A stretch of 64,000 bases of DNA from Camelus ferus (Eukaryota). The stretch lies in contig NC_045697.1 of NCBI RefSeq assembly GCF_009834535.1, forward strand, positions 27,282,001-27,346,000, read 5' to 3'. Of this stretch, positions 40,296 to 51,559 are shown piece after piece. The notes beneath the pieces are model-generated. The model ran no database searches and had not been told where the DNA came from. It worked only from the letters and a program-made list of their open reading frames with translations. The stretch's first letter is position 1, and each line of letters starts with the position of its first letter. A program made the position numbers and the translations under genes.

Positions 40296-40885
40296 TGTTG
40301 CAGGAAAATGGGGTGCAAGGGGATGGTCATGTCCCAGGTCTCAGGAGAGTCCCTGGGACGTGCCTGGCCAAGTAAGGGTCCTTGGCTTCCTGCAGAAAAG
40401 AATTCAAGAGCAGACCACAGTAAAGTGAAAGCAAGTTTATTTAGAGAGGTACTCCATAAACAGAGTGTGGGCCCTCTCGAAAGGCAAGGGAGAGAGGCCA
40501 TGAGGTGTGGGGGTGTTTAGTTTAAAGTAAAAGTAGATACACACTCCATAGACAAAGTGTGGTCCTTTCACTCAGAAGAGAGATTGGTCATGAGGTGTGG
40601 GGGTGGTTAGTTTTTATGGGCCAGGTAATTTCACATGCTAACAAGTGCGAGGACTAGTCCAACTATGTTAGGGAAGGGCTGGGATTTTCAGAAATTGGGC
40701 CACCGTCACTTTTTGGCCTTTTTCCGTCAGCCTAGGAAACGTCATGGCACCCTTGGGTGTGCCATGAGGCTCAGGGTCTATTGGAAGCCGAATCCTCTGC
40801 CATCTTGGTTCTAACCAGTTAACCTATACTCAACTGCTGTGCTGTTCTTTTAACAGTTGTGCCCTGCCTCCTTCCCTCCTGTCTT
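40296..40885 (-). mobile_element. ERV1 solo LTR (MER41-like)
   Basis: TG start; AGAAAAGAATTCAAGAGC...AGTAAAGTGAAAGCAAGTTTATT (antisense poly(A) signal), ACTCCATAGACA, GTCATGGCAC, GCCATCTTGGTT resemble MER41-family antisense consensus; internal ~90-bp-period duplication at ~40451-40615. Confidence 0.75.
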
Positions 40886-40948
40886 CTACTACTACTACTA
40901 CTACTACTACCACTACTACCACCATCATCTCTACTACTGCTACTGCTA
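40886..40948. repeat. (ACT)n array, right part
   Basis: Continuation of the same repeat after the LTR. Confidence 0.9.
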
Positions 40949-41111
40949 ACATCAGCTAACATTTCCTGAGCACCTACAATGTAAAAGGACTCAGGCTGGC
41001 TGCTTTATTTGCATCCCATTTCATTTTAAAACTAGACCCTTGAAGTGTGGGTTCCATTATTACACAGGTTCAGGGAATTAATTTATCTAAAGTCATTAAA
41101 CCATCATCATT

Positions 41112-41590
41112 TAAAAACTGAGTTATAATTCACATACTATGAAATTTGGGTTTTAGTGTATTCATCAATTTGTGTAACCATCACATCACTACTATCTAAT
41201 TCCAAAGTATTTTCATCACCTCAAAAAGAAATGTCATACTCATTAACAGTCACTCCCCATTTTTTCCCTCCCTCTAGTCCCTGGAAGCCACAAATCTATT
41301 TTCTGTTTCTATGGATTTTGGATATTTTTTATAAACAGAGTCATATACTATATAGTTTTTTATGTCTGGCTTCTTTCACTTAGCATAATGTTTTCAAGGT
41401 CCATTTATGTTGTAACATGCCTCGGTAGCTTATCACTTTTTATGACCAAATAATATTCTGCTGTGTGGGTACACTATCCATTCATCAGTCGAAGGACATT
41501 TGGGTTGTTTCCACTTTTTAGCCATTATGAATAATGCTACTGTGAACATTCATGTATAAATTTTTCATAGACATAATGTTTCCAATTTCT
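41112..41590 (-). mobile_element. L1M 3' end, antisense
   Basis: GAGTTATAATTCACATAC, CTGGCTTCTTTCACTTAGCATAATGTTTTCAAGG, GGACATTTGGGTTGTTTCCACTTTT. Confidence 0.85.
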
Positions 41591-42117
41591 ACAGAGGGAT
41601 TTTTTTTTTTTTTCCCATGACTTTTTTTTTGGGATTTGATAGTATCCTTAGCAAATATTTTTTCTGGAAACAAACTTTAATGCCAGTGAGAGATGCCTGC
41701 ACACCTGCAAACTACCATTTACTAAAATGCTCTCTCTGCAATGTGAGCTCTGATTTCTATCCTATCTGCCCTAGTAAGGGTTGATATCCAGAGATGAGCA
41801 TCAATCCTTCAATCCTGCCAGCTGGTCCTTCCTGGAAAGCTCACTCCCTCATCACCATCTGTAAGAGTCCTGATGTCTTCCAGCCAGGATGCTGGTTCTT
41901 CGTTTGTAGCCTTAAGTTATCTTTCGTTCCTTTGGGACTCCGTGGAGCTTCACCTGGGCCTTTCCCTTGGCATTTTACACTCTTCCCTGCTACCCTCTAG
42001 GTCTAATCTAGGCAGGCTTCAGGTTTGATCACTTTTGCTATTCCTTGCTAGGACACATGTTGCTTTACACAATAGGTGCTAATGAATATTCGCGAACTGA
42101 ATAAATTCTTGATCAGT

Positions 42118-42940
42118 TGCTGCGATATTGCGATTTACAGTAAGAAATTTTTGGTCTTTGTTTCCCTTTCTGGCACAGAGCTTCCAAAGCTTTGGAATTT
42201 CCTGTGAAGAGAGGGATAAAGGTGTCTTTTGTTATGTTAATACGGTGACCTTTGGAAAGCCCCTAGGTCACTTTAGGATGGAGGTTGGTTGCCAAGGGAA
42301 CCAACCTTGTGATTAGAAGGTTGAAACTTTCAGTCCCACCTCCTGAACTCTGGGGAAGGGAGAGGGGCTGGAGTTTGAGCTCAGTCGCTGAAGGCCAGTG
42401 ATGTAAACAATTATACCTACGTAATGAAGCCTCTGTAAATACCCAAAAGGATGAGGTTTGGAGAGTTTCCGGGTTGGTAAACAGGTGCAGATTTGGGGAC
42501 AGTGGCGTGCCCAGAAAGAGCATGGAAGCTCTGCTGCCTTTCCCCATACCTTGCCCTATGCATCTCTTTCATTTGACTGTTCCTGAGTTGTATCCTTTTA
42601 TAATAAACCAGTAAGCAGAATGTTTCCCTGAGTTCTGTGAGTCACTCTAGCAAATTAATTGAACCCAAGGAGGGTGCTGTTGGAACCTCCGATTCATAGC
42701 TAGTTATTGGGAGCATAAGTGACAACCTGGACTTGCAATTGGTGTGTGAAGTTGGCATGGTGATGGGGTGGGGAGGGGACAGTCTTGTAGGACTAAGCCC
42801 TTAACCTGTGGGATCTGACACAATCCACCTGGAGATAGTGTCAGAATTCAGTTGAACTGTAGGACACTCAGCTAGTATCCCAGAATAACATGGCGATGTG
42901 GCGGAAAATACAAAACACATTGTAACTGGTGTCAGAGTCA
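42118..42940 (+). mobile_element. MER21-type solo LTR
   Basis: GGTTGCCAAGGGAACCAACCTTGTGATTAGAAGGTTGAAACTTTCAGTCCCACC, CCCCATACCTTGCCCTATGCATCTCTT, AATAAAC, GATAGTGTCAGAATT. Confidence 0.88.
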
Positions 42941-43528
42941 TAGTTGCCAAGTGCCAAATGGTTCTGATTCACTTGAAGCCAAGCTGAGTTTCCTTGTCCA
43001 GTTGGTATTACAATGGCTCTATTTTTAACCGGGTCTTGTGGTGAGAGGAACAGGTTACAGAGTGAGGTCGTGCTGTTGCATACGTCCTACCTCGGCGCCC
43101 TCCACATCTGAGCTCATGGAGAGCAGCCTGTCAGCATCTCCTCCTGAACTCTCAGGAGGCTTTTCTGTCCTTGCCCCTTTCTCCTCCTCAAAGGAGAAAC
43201 ATGGAAGATGAGTAGGACAGGAGTGTCGGGTTTATCTGGGGAGTTATGGTCAGGCTTAGTAGATGAGCAATTCTTCCAGTTCTTGGTTTGCCTCCCTCTT
43301 TTTAGTCCTCTCTTGATGTCTCAGGAAAACTAAGATGGTGAAACATTAAAGCTTCCTTTTAAAGGTACTTAGAGAGTAGTCTTGGATTTTCTGTACATCC
43401 TATTTGGATGCAGTCTTATTTGGATAACCTGTTGCTCCCCACAAAGCAACTGTATCCTTTTTTTTTTTTTTTTTTAACAAGGGATCCAGAACTATAGAAA
43501 TGGTTCTCAATCCTGGCTGATAATCAGA

Positions 43529-43561
<33 letters not shown>

Positions 43562-44930
43562 TCCTCCAAGCTTTAAGTAAATCCAGAGATCAACACCAAT
43601 AATACCTCTCTTGCTGAATTCATTTGGCTCACACATTTTGCTTGGCTGGATGGAATATTTTAATAATTGAGCACACGTCCTCCAAGATGCCACAGTTCAT
43701 TCATTCCTTATGGTCTCACTTGGCCCTCTTCACACCTTTATATGACCCACCTGCCCTTTGAGGTCTCTAAGAATTGGACCCTGCCCCAGACCAGCCAAAT
43801 CATCTGCCCTCCTTCCTCACCCACCAGCCTTAGCATCACAGGTAACTCTGATAGACAATCAGGGCTGGGAACCATCAGCATCTTTGAGCAATGATTATTC
43901 CGTCAATAAATGTTCCCAATGCTGGCTGAAAGGGACTCACCAGGGAGCTATTAAGAATTACCATGCCCTCTCTACATACAGCTCTTCCCTGGGGGAATAT
44001 ACAGTTTCTTGGAGAAAGATACATTTTTCAGATGGGAGATGTAGTATTTTAAGGGAAATTGTTTTGAATGTGGGCTCCATTGGATTAAAGTTCCCTTTAA
44101 TGAACTTCCAGATTGTAATAGTTTCTGTTGGCAAGCTACTTGTTGGCAGGAAATTAAGATCTTTCATGTATATTTCTTAAAATATTTGGTGTTAGAGCCC
44201 CACACGTATCAAGTCCACCCAGTGGAAAAGTCCTTACGTTCCCAGGAAATGAGTGATTCTGCCCAGCCTTGGATCGGGCAGGAAGACCTGGAGCAGACAG
44301 AGACCTCTCTGAGCCTAAAAGGCATGTACGGTTTAGGCAAATTCAAATCAGGATCTGCAGGAGACGCCACCCAGATGTATATATACATGGAGAACTGGAT
44401 CCAGGTTTAAACAATGAAGTGAGGCTGTCTCTATTTCACCTGCCCACACACTTTATAACTGTTATACTCAGGATTTGGTCTGAGTTAAATTTTTTTTTTT
44501 TTTGCAAGAAGTGCAATATTCATTCTAAACTTAAGGTAATATTTCTCTTTTTTTGCCTCCCTACCTTCTGCCAAAGAAGAAAATTTATCTCAGTCAGTTG
44601 GAGGTAATTCAGGTTTCTTCCATCAATTTCGGGTTCCCCTCCTCCTTTCCATGGAGTCGCCTCTCAGTCCTGGGCATTTTCATAGGACTCGGACTGGGGA
44701 CTGGAGCGGTGGTGTACGATGATGTTTGTTACCTGTCTAGCTGTCCCTCCTGGTCCTCAGCTGCTTATCCGCTCCCATAGAAACAATGTTGCTTCCTCGT
44801 GGCTCTCTAGCTTTTCCTCTGCTGAGCTGGATCACACCATTACAAGGACGAAGGACAGTTTTTGTTGTTCTCTCAAGGGGCCGTTGGTCAGTAACACTAT
44901 TTGAAGGCCAGTGTCAATGAATCTTATATA

Positions 44931-45098
44931 CTAGTGCATTTCAAACTTTGTGTGCATCCTGGCCACCTGGAGTCATGGTAGAATGAAGGTTCTAACTCCC
45001 TAAGGGGGGATTAGGGCAGGGTCTGAGAGTCTGCATTTCTGCCAAATTGCCAGGTGATGTGAGGCAGCCGGTCCATGGACCACACTTAAAGTAGCAAG
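44931..45098. mobile_element. MER5A hAT MITE
   Basis: GGTCTGAGAGTCTGCATTTCTGCCAAATTGCCAGGTGATG...GGTCCATGGACCACACTT. Confidence 0.8.
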
Positions 45099-45370
45099 GC
45101 TGATAGGGCCACAAAGGCTCCCACTTTAATGGAGCTCTCAGCCTCTTTCTCTTCTGCTTGCTTGGGGGAATGATGTGGTAACAGGGAATGATTTGGTTAA
45201 ATGGATGCAAATGCACTCCCCCTTTCCATCTCTTAATTTCTTTAGAGAACATCACTGCTTAAAAGAATCAAAGAATAGCACTTCCCTAGGATGTTCGGAA
45301 GGCCCTTTTCAATTACCCAGGTAGGTTCCATTAGAATGATATCACTCTTGACTTTGACCATGCCTTTATC

Positions 45371-45507
45371 TTTTTTTTTCTTTTTGGTGGGGGTTGGGGG
45401 AGAGGTAATTTATTTTATTATTTATTTTTAGTGGAGGTACCAGGGATTGAACCCAGGACCTAGTGCATGATAAGCACGCACTCCACCACTTGAGCTATTA
45501 CCCCCCC
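45371..45507 (-). mobile_element. tRNA-derived SINE (Vic-1-like)
   Basis: GTGGAGGTACCAGGGATTGAACCCAGGACC...CCACTTGAGCTA, with T-rich tail on its left. Confidence 0.9.
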
Positions 45508-45532
45508 TTTTTATCCTATTCCCATGCAACCT

Positions 45533-46047
45533 ATGTGGGAAGAGAAAAAAAGACACCCCTCCCTCCTCCATGGTCCTCTCTTGGTATTAATGCCTTGTGT
45601 AATCCCCTTGCCTTATAGGTAGACTAGATTTATTTCCTTGATTTTAACGAATAAAAAACAGCAGAAGTCTTGGGATGTCCCTTCTGAGATTAGTTTATAA
45701 AACAACTGACCTCCTTGGACACGTGTTCTTTGATGGGTCACTTGTGCTGGGGGATGCAAGCTCCCCTTTTGTGAGCAGCCCTATGGGGAGAACTACATGT
45801 TGCAGCACGAAACTGAGGCTATGAGTCTAGCAGCCTGCAAGGAACTGAATTCTGGGAACAACTGTGTTTGTGAACTTTAAAGTGGATCCTTCAGTGCCAG
45901 CCCCGTCTTGAAACAACGGGAGCCCAGCTAACAGACCTTCAGCCAGAGACACCAGCTAAGATGCTCCTGGATTTTTGACCCACAGAAACTGCTTTCAGAT
46001 TCTTAGTTTTGAGGTAATTTGTTATGCAGCAATAGATAATGAATATA
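45533..46047 (+). mobile_element. MaLR LTR (MLT1E/F-like)
   Basis: GCCTTGTGTAATCCCCT, GCAAGGAACTGAATTCTG, GACCCACAGAAACTG, GGTAATTTGTTATGCAGCAATAGATAA. Confidence 0.85.
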
Positions 46048-46961
46048 CCCATCTAACTGAGATGCCAGGCATTCGGGGAACATCATTAAAATGTCCTACG
46101 GCCCCTCATGAAGAAAAGACACAATTAATATGACAAAAGGAAAGCATCAGATCCTGGGGCTAGGGCGGCGGTTTGGCCTGAGGAACGCAGTGAGTGGCTT
46201 AACATGACACATATGTTACACATTGGCTATTAATGCGACCTTTGGCCTTTTTTTTTTTTCTTCAATGTGCAACTTTTGGGTATCTGAATTTGAAACTCAG
46301 CTTAACCTTTGCAGCTATAAACGGACTACACTGCTTATCATCTTGCCTTAGGAGGGGGAAAACAAAACCTGTTGAAACCAACATTTCTCACATTGCTAAA
46401 ACCTCCCTGGCAGGAACTGAAGGTTATTTTTCCACCGCCCCTTTTCTAGTCTCAACAGTTGAGTTTTCTGACTCCAAGAAAACCACCTTTGATTACATAA
46501 AGGTATTAGGAGCCAGGGAAACACTAGCTCTTTTGTTACCAGCAATCTCGAGCGTTTAAGAAACACTCGGGGTTGTGGGGGAGGTAACCCCTGGAAAATT
46601 GGGCGGGCTTTGTGTTCGCTCCAATTCTGGGGCTTTTATCAAGCCTCAGACAGAGGAATTCCTAGTTTTCTGAAAGTTGGGCGAAAGGGACCCCAGAGGC
46701 CTAGAAAGCCGCGTCCCCGGCCCTCTGGGTTCACGACTCCTCCCCCGGTAGCCCCGCGCCCCGGGGCATCCCGGAGGAGGGCAAACCCCGCGGGTCCCAA
46801 CTTCCCGCCGCGAGCCGAGCGTGGGGGGTGGGCGGGGTGGGGGCGGGGTCGGCCGCGCTCCCTCCCCTCCCCTCCCCCCGGCTCTCCCCACCCACTTCCC
46901 TTTCTCAGCCGGGCAGCCCCGCGGGCGCGACCTCTCCGGGCAGTGACGAGTGGGGAGGAGC

Positions 46962-46994
<33 letters not shown>
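46962..46994 (+). repeat. (CCG)11 pure trinucleotide repeat in predicted 5' UTR
   Basis: Direct count: 33 bp uninterrupted. Confidence 0.97.
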
Positions 46995-46995
<1 letters not shown>

Positions 46996-47008
46996 AGCGG
47001 GGGGAGCC

Positions 47009-47080
47009 ATGCCCGGGCCCCGCCGCGCCCCGAGCCCGCCCCCGGCTGCCCGCCGCCCCACGGGCCGGCGGCGCGAGTGA
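47009..47080 (+). other. Upstream ORF (MPGPRRAPSPPPAARRPTGRRRE*)
   Basis: GGAGCCATGC Kozak-like context; TGA at 47078-47080, 38 nt before the main ATG, different frame. Confidence 0.6.
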
Positions 47081-47118
47081 GCGGGAGCGGCGGGCGACGA
47101 GCCGCCGCCCGGCCCGCG

Positions 47119-47148
47119 ATGTCACCATTGTTCAGCTGGGTGGCCAAG
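47119..47148 (+). CDS. TBC1D1: Coding part of a first exon (MSPLFSWVAK); internal alternative first exon of the Rab-GAP TBC1D1
   Basis: ATG in GCGATGT context, 10 codons, phase-0 donor AAG|GTAGGC at 47148/47149. I recall a TBC1D1 isoform starting MSPLFSWVAK-VPEIISSIRQAG and a very long intron 2 with an internal CpG island, consistent with no other clear exons here. Not database-verified. Confidence 0.7.
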
Positions 47149-50100
47149 GTAGGCGGCGTCGGGGCCGCGTCGGGCCGGCGCCCGCTACCGTAGCGGACGG
47201 CTGGGCGAACAGTGGTAACGGTCGGGCAGTGGGGGGCCCGGAGCGCGGGGAGCGCCTGCGGCTTGCGGGTGCGGTGGGGGATCTGACCGCGGGGGAAGCG
47301 GCCCGCGCGGCCCGGGTTGTTCACCGTGGTTTTCATTCATTAGCCTTTCTTCCCCCTGGGGCGAACGGGCCAGTGGCGTCACGCCCATTTCACAGATCCG
47401 GAGAGTGAGGCTCGGCCCCGGCAGACTCCCTCGCGCCGTGGATTCACCACTGGATGTTTCCCGGCGGCGGGACCTTGCGTGTCCGCCTCCTGGATACAGG
47501 TTTGTGCTTGGTTGTCTGGAATAGGACACCGAGGTTGCCAAAAGGCTGAACTCGCTTAGAGGGTGTCTGTCTTGTTTTTAATTCCTCGGTTTCCAAGGGC
47601 AAGTTTTGGCATCTGAATTTTAAATGTAAGTTCTTTACCTTGTATTTCCTTAAAGTTTTCTTTTCAGAACATTGGCGCCTCAGAATATCTAAGTGTTACA
47701 AGTCCGGGCTAATTCCGCTGTTGGAGTGGATTTCTAGAGTTCCCACCAGTTTGGGAAGGCAGTTATAGACTAGTTTCCTCCCGGAGTACCAGGTGTTTGT
47801 GTGTTTAGAATGATACAGCTCTCGAAGCCTCTAAGGGCGGCGGGTTAACAGGGCCCCTTTCTCGCGCCCACGGACTCCTGACTTTGCTGGCCCCTAGCAG
47901 AGCTTGGTTATATGGCCGGTTGGTTGAGCAATAAACTCGTATGGAGAGAATCCGTTAGCCCGTCTGTGACCCTTTACAAGTCATAATTAGGTGGTGGTGT
48001 CTCTAGTTATGAGGCTGTGCTTTTTAGAGTTTTAAAGTACATTTTTACAAATACCTTTTTATGTTACAGATAAGGCTTTGCCTATCATTTAAGTGATAAC
48101 AAAATGGAGACACAGAAACCAGATAACAGTAGTTGCTAGACAGGTACTATCTTCCCATCCTCACCAGAATCTTCATTTCCTGAAACATCAGTAGTAGTAA
48201 AGTGGAATGACTTTCAAACAAGTTTTGAGTTGTTATCAGGTAGTTTTGTACTGAAGAAAAATTAATAATGTCCAGATTTTGTGGCTTGAAGTGATACTAG
48301 TTGGCTTTTATAAATAATGCTACAATTTTAAAATGGTACATAGTTTAAAATGTAATGCAGGGTATGTTGCCTGAATACATTTTACTGACTCATTCTAGGT
48401 GGAGGACTTGAATCTACGTTTATATTATAATTCTATACTGTAAGGCCAAAGGGAGGGGAAAAAAGATTCATTATGTTGTTTTATTCCAAAATCAAGAAGT
48501 AAATTAAAAAAAACTTCTAGTACTGTTTTGTAGTTTTATTTACTTTCCTAAAACATTTAATAAGATGCTTTTCACTATAGGAATGAGATGGACTTTTGTT
48601 TACACTGGCCTACGGAGGTGACAGTGAAAACAGACCAAATCTTTATTTAAAAAAAAAAAAAGGACTTTTACAAGGGTTGTCAGCTTTCTCCAACTGGCAG
48701 TACTTTTGAAAAGTTCATGTAAATGAACAGCATGTTGCTAACTTGATCTGAGTTGCGAATCATTCTATTCCAAAATTGTTTAAACTACAGAACAACAACA
48801 ACAAAAAAACTATGAAATGTTTTTGGAGCAAAGTTATCTATCAGCTGTCAGCATAATTTTTAAGAGTGTAGTTCATTTATATTTAATTTCTTCTAGGTGT
48901 GGTGCTATTGTAAATTGCATCCTGTAATTGATTTTTGTAGACAATGTGTTATTATGTGAGAACTTTTAGAATATGAAGTTACTCTTTGAAAATTCATTTC
49001 TTGGGGTTACAGATTGTAAGAGTGGCTTTCTGTGGTGTTCGGTTAAGAGACAAGTCATTAACACACTTTGCATTATAGACTAGGAAATTTTTAAAAAGTA
49101 GAAGCAAGAGGCACAGATTATACACACAATGTGCATATTCTCAAAGTGCATTTATATTAGACCTTAGAGTGGTCCTTCAGGAACACACAAATACGCATGA
49201 GCACACACCTCTTGCACAAACACTTGCACATCTAATTTCTGTTTTGACTTGTGTAAACTGCAGCTCAACACCTGGTCAGGAAGAAGAAGGGGAGGGGGAG
49301 TGGGTCTCATTTGATGCAGGTGGACATGACTTTGTTTTTCTTGGGTGATGCGTTAATAGTGTGTGAATATTGAACATGTCGAGTTAAGTAATTTCATGGT
49401 GTAAGAATAAAGCCAAAACAGGGAAGAAGTTTATTTCAAAGAAATTATCTGTTAAAAGAAAAATTAAGATATGCTTTTTAAAATTAGACATGTCCTGGAA
49501 CTTTAAGGCAGGTATATACCTTCTGTCAAAAATGGGGCCCGGTTTTATAGAGGTGTGGTTGCTTGATTACTCTTTCACTGGGGACACTTGAGTTTTTACA
49601 TAAATTACAGTGTATAAATAAAAACAAATTTCTCAATCTTTGTGATTTTTGTACTAAGTCCACAGATACCGCCAACAACCTGGCAGCTTTGAGTATTTCT
49701 GTTGTTTCTGTGCATCCATGTGCTTGTTGGTAAGACTAATGGCAACAAAACTGCCAGGTAACTTTCTGAATTTCCTTGGATCTGCACCTGCCTGTGAAGA
49801 TAATGGCTGAGAGTATTGCTAGTATCTCAAACTAGCCTATTTTAAATATATATGTCAGTTTATCAGATGGAATGGAAAATGGGACCTAAATATACCTAAA
49901 TTTGCCGTGTTCTCAAATCCAGGTGCAGTTTTGTATGAGGTTATTTTCCAGTGCTTGTGTATGTATTCAGCAGATGTTTAGTGGGTGCCTTCTGTGTACC
50001 AGGCACTGTCCATGCCCTGAAGGAGTTAGTTCATTTTGCACAAAAGGTTTATCTTCTAAAAAGTGTGTGCACTGAAGCTTTGTAAGTCAAATATTTAAAA

Positions 50101-50214
50101 ATGCATTAGGGAAGGAATCCTTTTGTAAACTCTACTCAGTCACTAGTTAATACCTTATGTAAAGCTAGGTTTTTCTTATTTTGGCCTTGCTTAAAACATG
50201 GGTTTATAGTCATT

Positions 50215-50750
50215 ATTCATTCAACACGTCATTTAATAAATGTGTTCAACACAGATATAGTTATTGAGCACCTACTGTGTGCCAGGTACTGTTTGAGGAG
50301 CTCGAGATGGAGCAGTAAACAGGCAGGACCAGGTCCCTGTTTTCATGGAGCTCAAATTCCAGGCAGAAGAGACAGCAAAGAAGGAAGCAAACAGATGAAC
50401 AAAGTAATTGCAGGTGTGGGGGGTGAGTGTTAGGAAAGTTAACAAGGTGGTTTGGTAGAGAGTGACTGGGGGCTGGGGTGGCGAGGAGGTGGCATTTCAT
50501 CTGACTGGTAAGGGGCCTTAGACATGTTGCAGGAAGAGGGAACAGCAGGGAATGAGGCCGTGGGCCTGGCAGAGCAGCAGAAAGGAGGCTGCTGAGGAGA
50601 GATGGGCTGAGTCGGGAGGGTAACCTGGGCCAGGCTGTGCAGGACTTGCTTTTAAGTGCAGTGGGCCTGAGAGAGAGGAGTGATGTCTACTTTGCGTGGA
50701 AGCAGAGGGGACCATTTAGAAGGCTGGTGTGGTTCAGGCAGGAGGTGATA
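50215..50750 (-). mobile_element. LINE-2 3' end, antisense
   Basis: ATTCATTCAAC...TTATTGAGCACCTACTGTGTGCCAGGTACTG...CCCTGTTTTCATGGAGCT. Confidence 0.75.
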
Positions 50751-51559
50751 GTGATACCTTGGATATATAATTGTTTTTTATCTTTTGAAATGGTTGTGAC
50801 CCAGTGTCTGAGATTGGTGCAAATGACTGGATGCCGAATCGCTCCTTCTGTGTTGAATACAAGCACGGTTTGTCCTGTGCTCAGCTGCTTCTAACCGCAG
50901 CTTTCAGGCACAGTTGTGTCCTGGCGTTGGGCTTATTTGCTTAGCTTTGCGGCTTCCTGCAGACTGGACCAGCCCACCTTGGGTGCCTCTGACCACTTGG
51001 ACTTTCTCTCCTGTTCACTGGTGCACAGCAGCCTTGCTGTGAGGTGTGAGTCTGACCATAGCTGGTATGTAGGTGGCAGTTCCCCTGCTGTCTTGCTTAA
51101 AGTCAGTCTGATGTTGGTTTGTCACTGAAGTTGTGACCCTGGTTAATGTGATGGAATATTTAAAAATATATATTAACTTTTTTTTTTTGGTCTGTAGACT
51201 TTTATTACCTTTAATTAGTGAATGTTTGAGTTTAATAAAGAGGGAAGAACTTGCCATAATGAAACCACTCCTTGAATTTGAAAAATTTGCTGCCTCTGCT
51301 AAGTTGGTGTAGCTTCCACCAGGATTTCAGCAGCACTTTTCATGGGGCGTTTTTGTCTGGCAGTGGCAGCAGCCTCTCTGGGCTTTGGGCTCTCGAGTTA
51401 CTTAGAGTGACAATAACTTGGGCACACGTCGGTTTTACTAAGAGAGAAGGGAGAAAAGCAGGGATAGAAGCCTCACCTAATCCACAACAGAACACTGATC
51501 CTGGAGCAGATCTCATCATGAGAAAAAACTGAATTATAGTTTGTTCCCCTAGACAGATT

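Larger units (their letters stand above)
46700..47500 (+). promoter_or_regulatory. TBC1D1: CpG island / TATA-less promoter
   Basis: Only CpG-dense, very GC-rich stretch in the window; GC boxes GGGCGGGG 46830-46837 and GGGGCGGGG 46840-46848; CRE half-site TGACG 46944-46948; followed by a splice donor. The island is certain; the gene name is from recall. Confidence 0.9.

Noticed and set aside
40219..40428. Mucin-like poly-Thr/Ser ORF
   Set aside because: It is the translation of the (ACT)n microsatellite running into an LTR.
43958..44700. Possible antisense exon (AAG|GTAGGG donor near 44564 on the minus strand) or processed pseudogene
   Set aside because: Manual translation gave only short frames with no recognisable protein, and no poly(A) or TSD.
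46610..47541. Long overlapping poly-Ala, poly-Pro, poly-Arg and poly-Gly ORFs on both strands
   Set aside because: Stop-codon scarcity in a CpG island plus the CCG repeat explains them; only the uORF and the 10-codon CDS have ATG or splice support.
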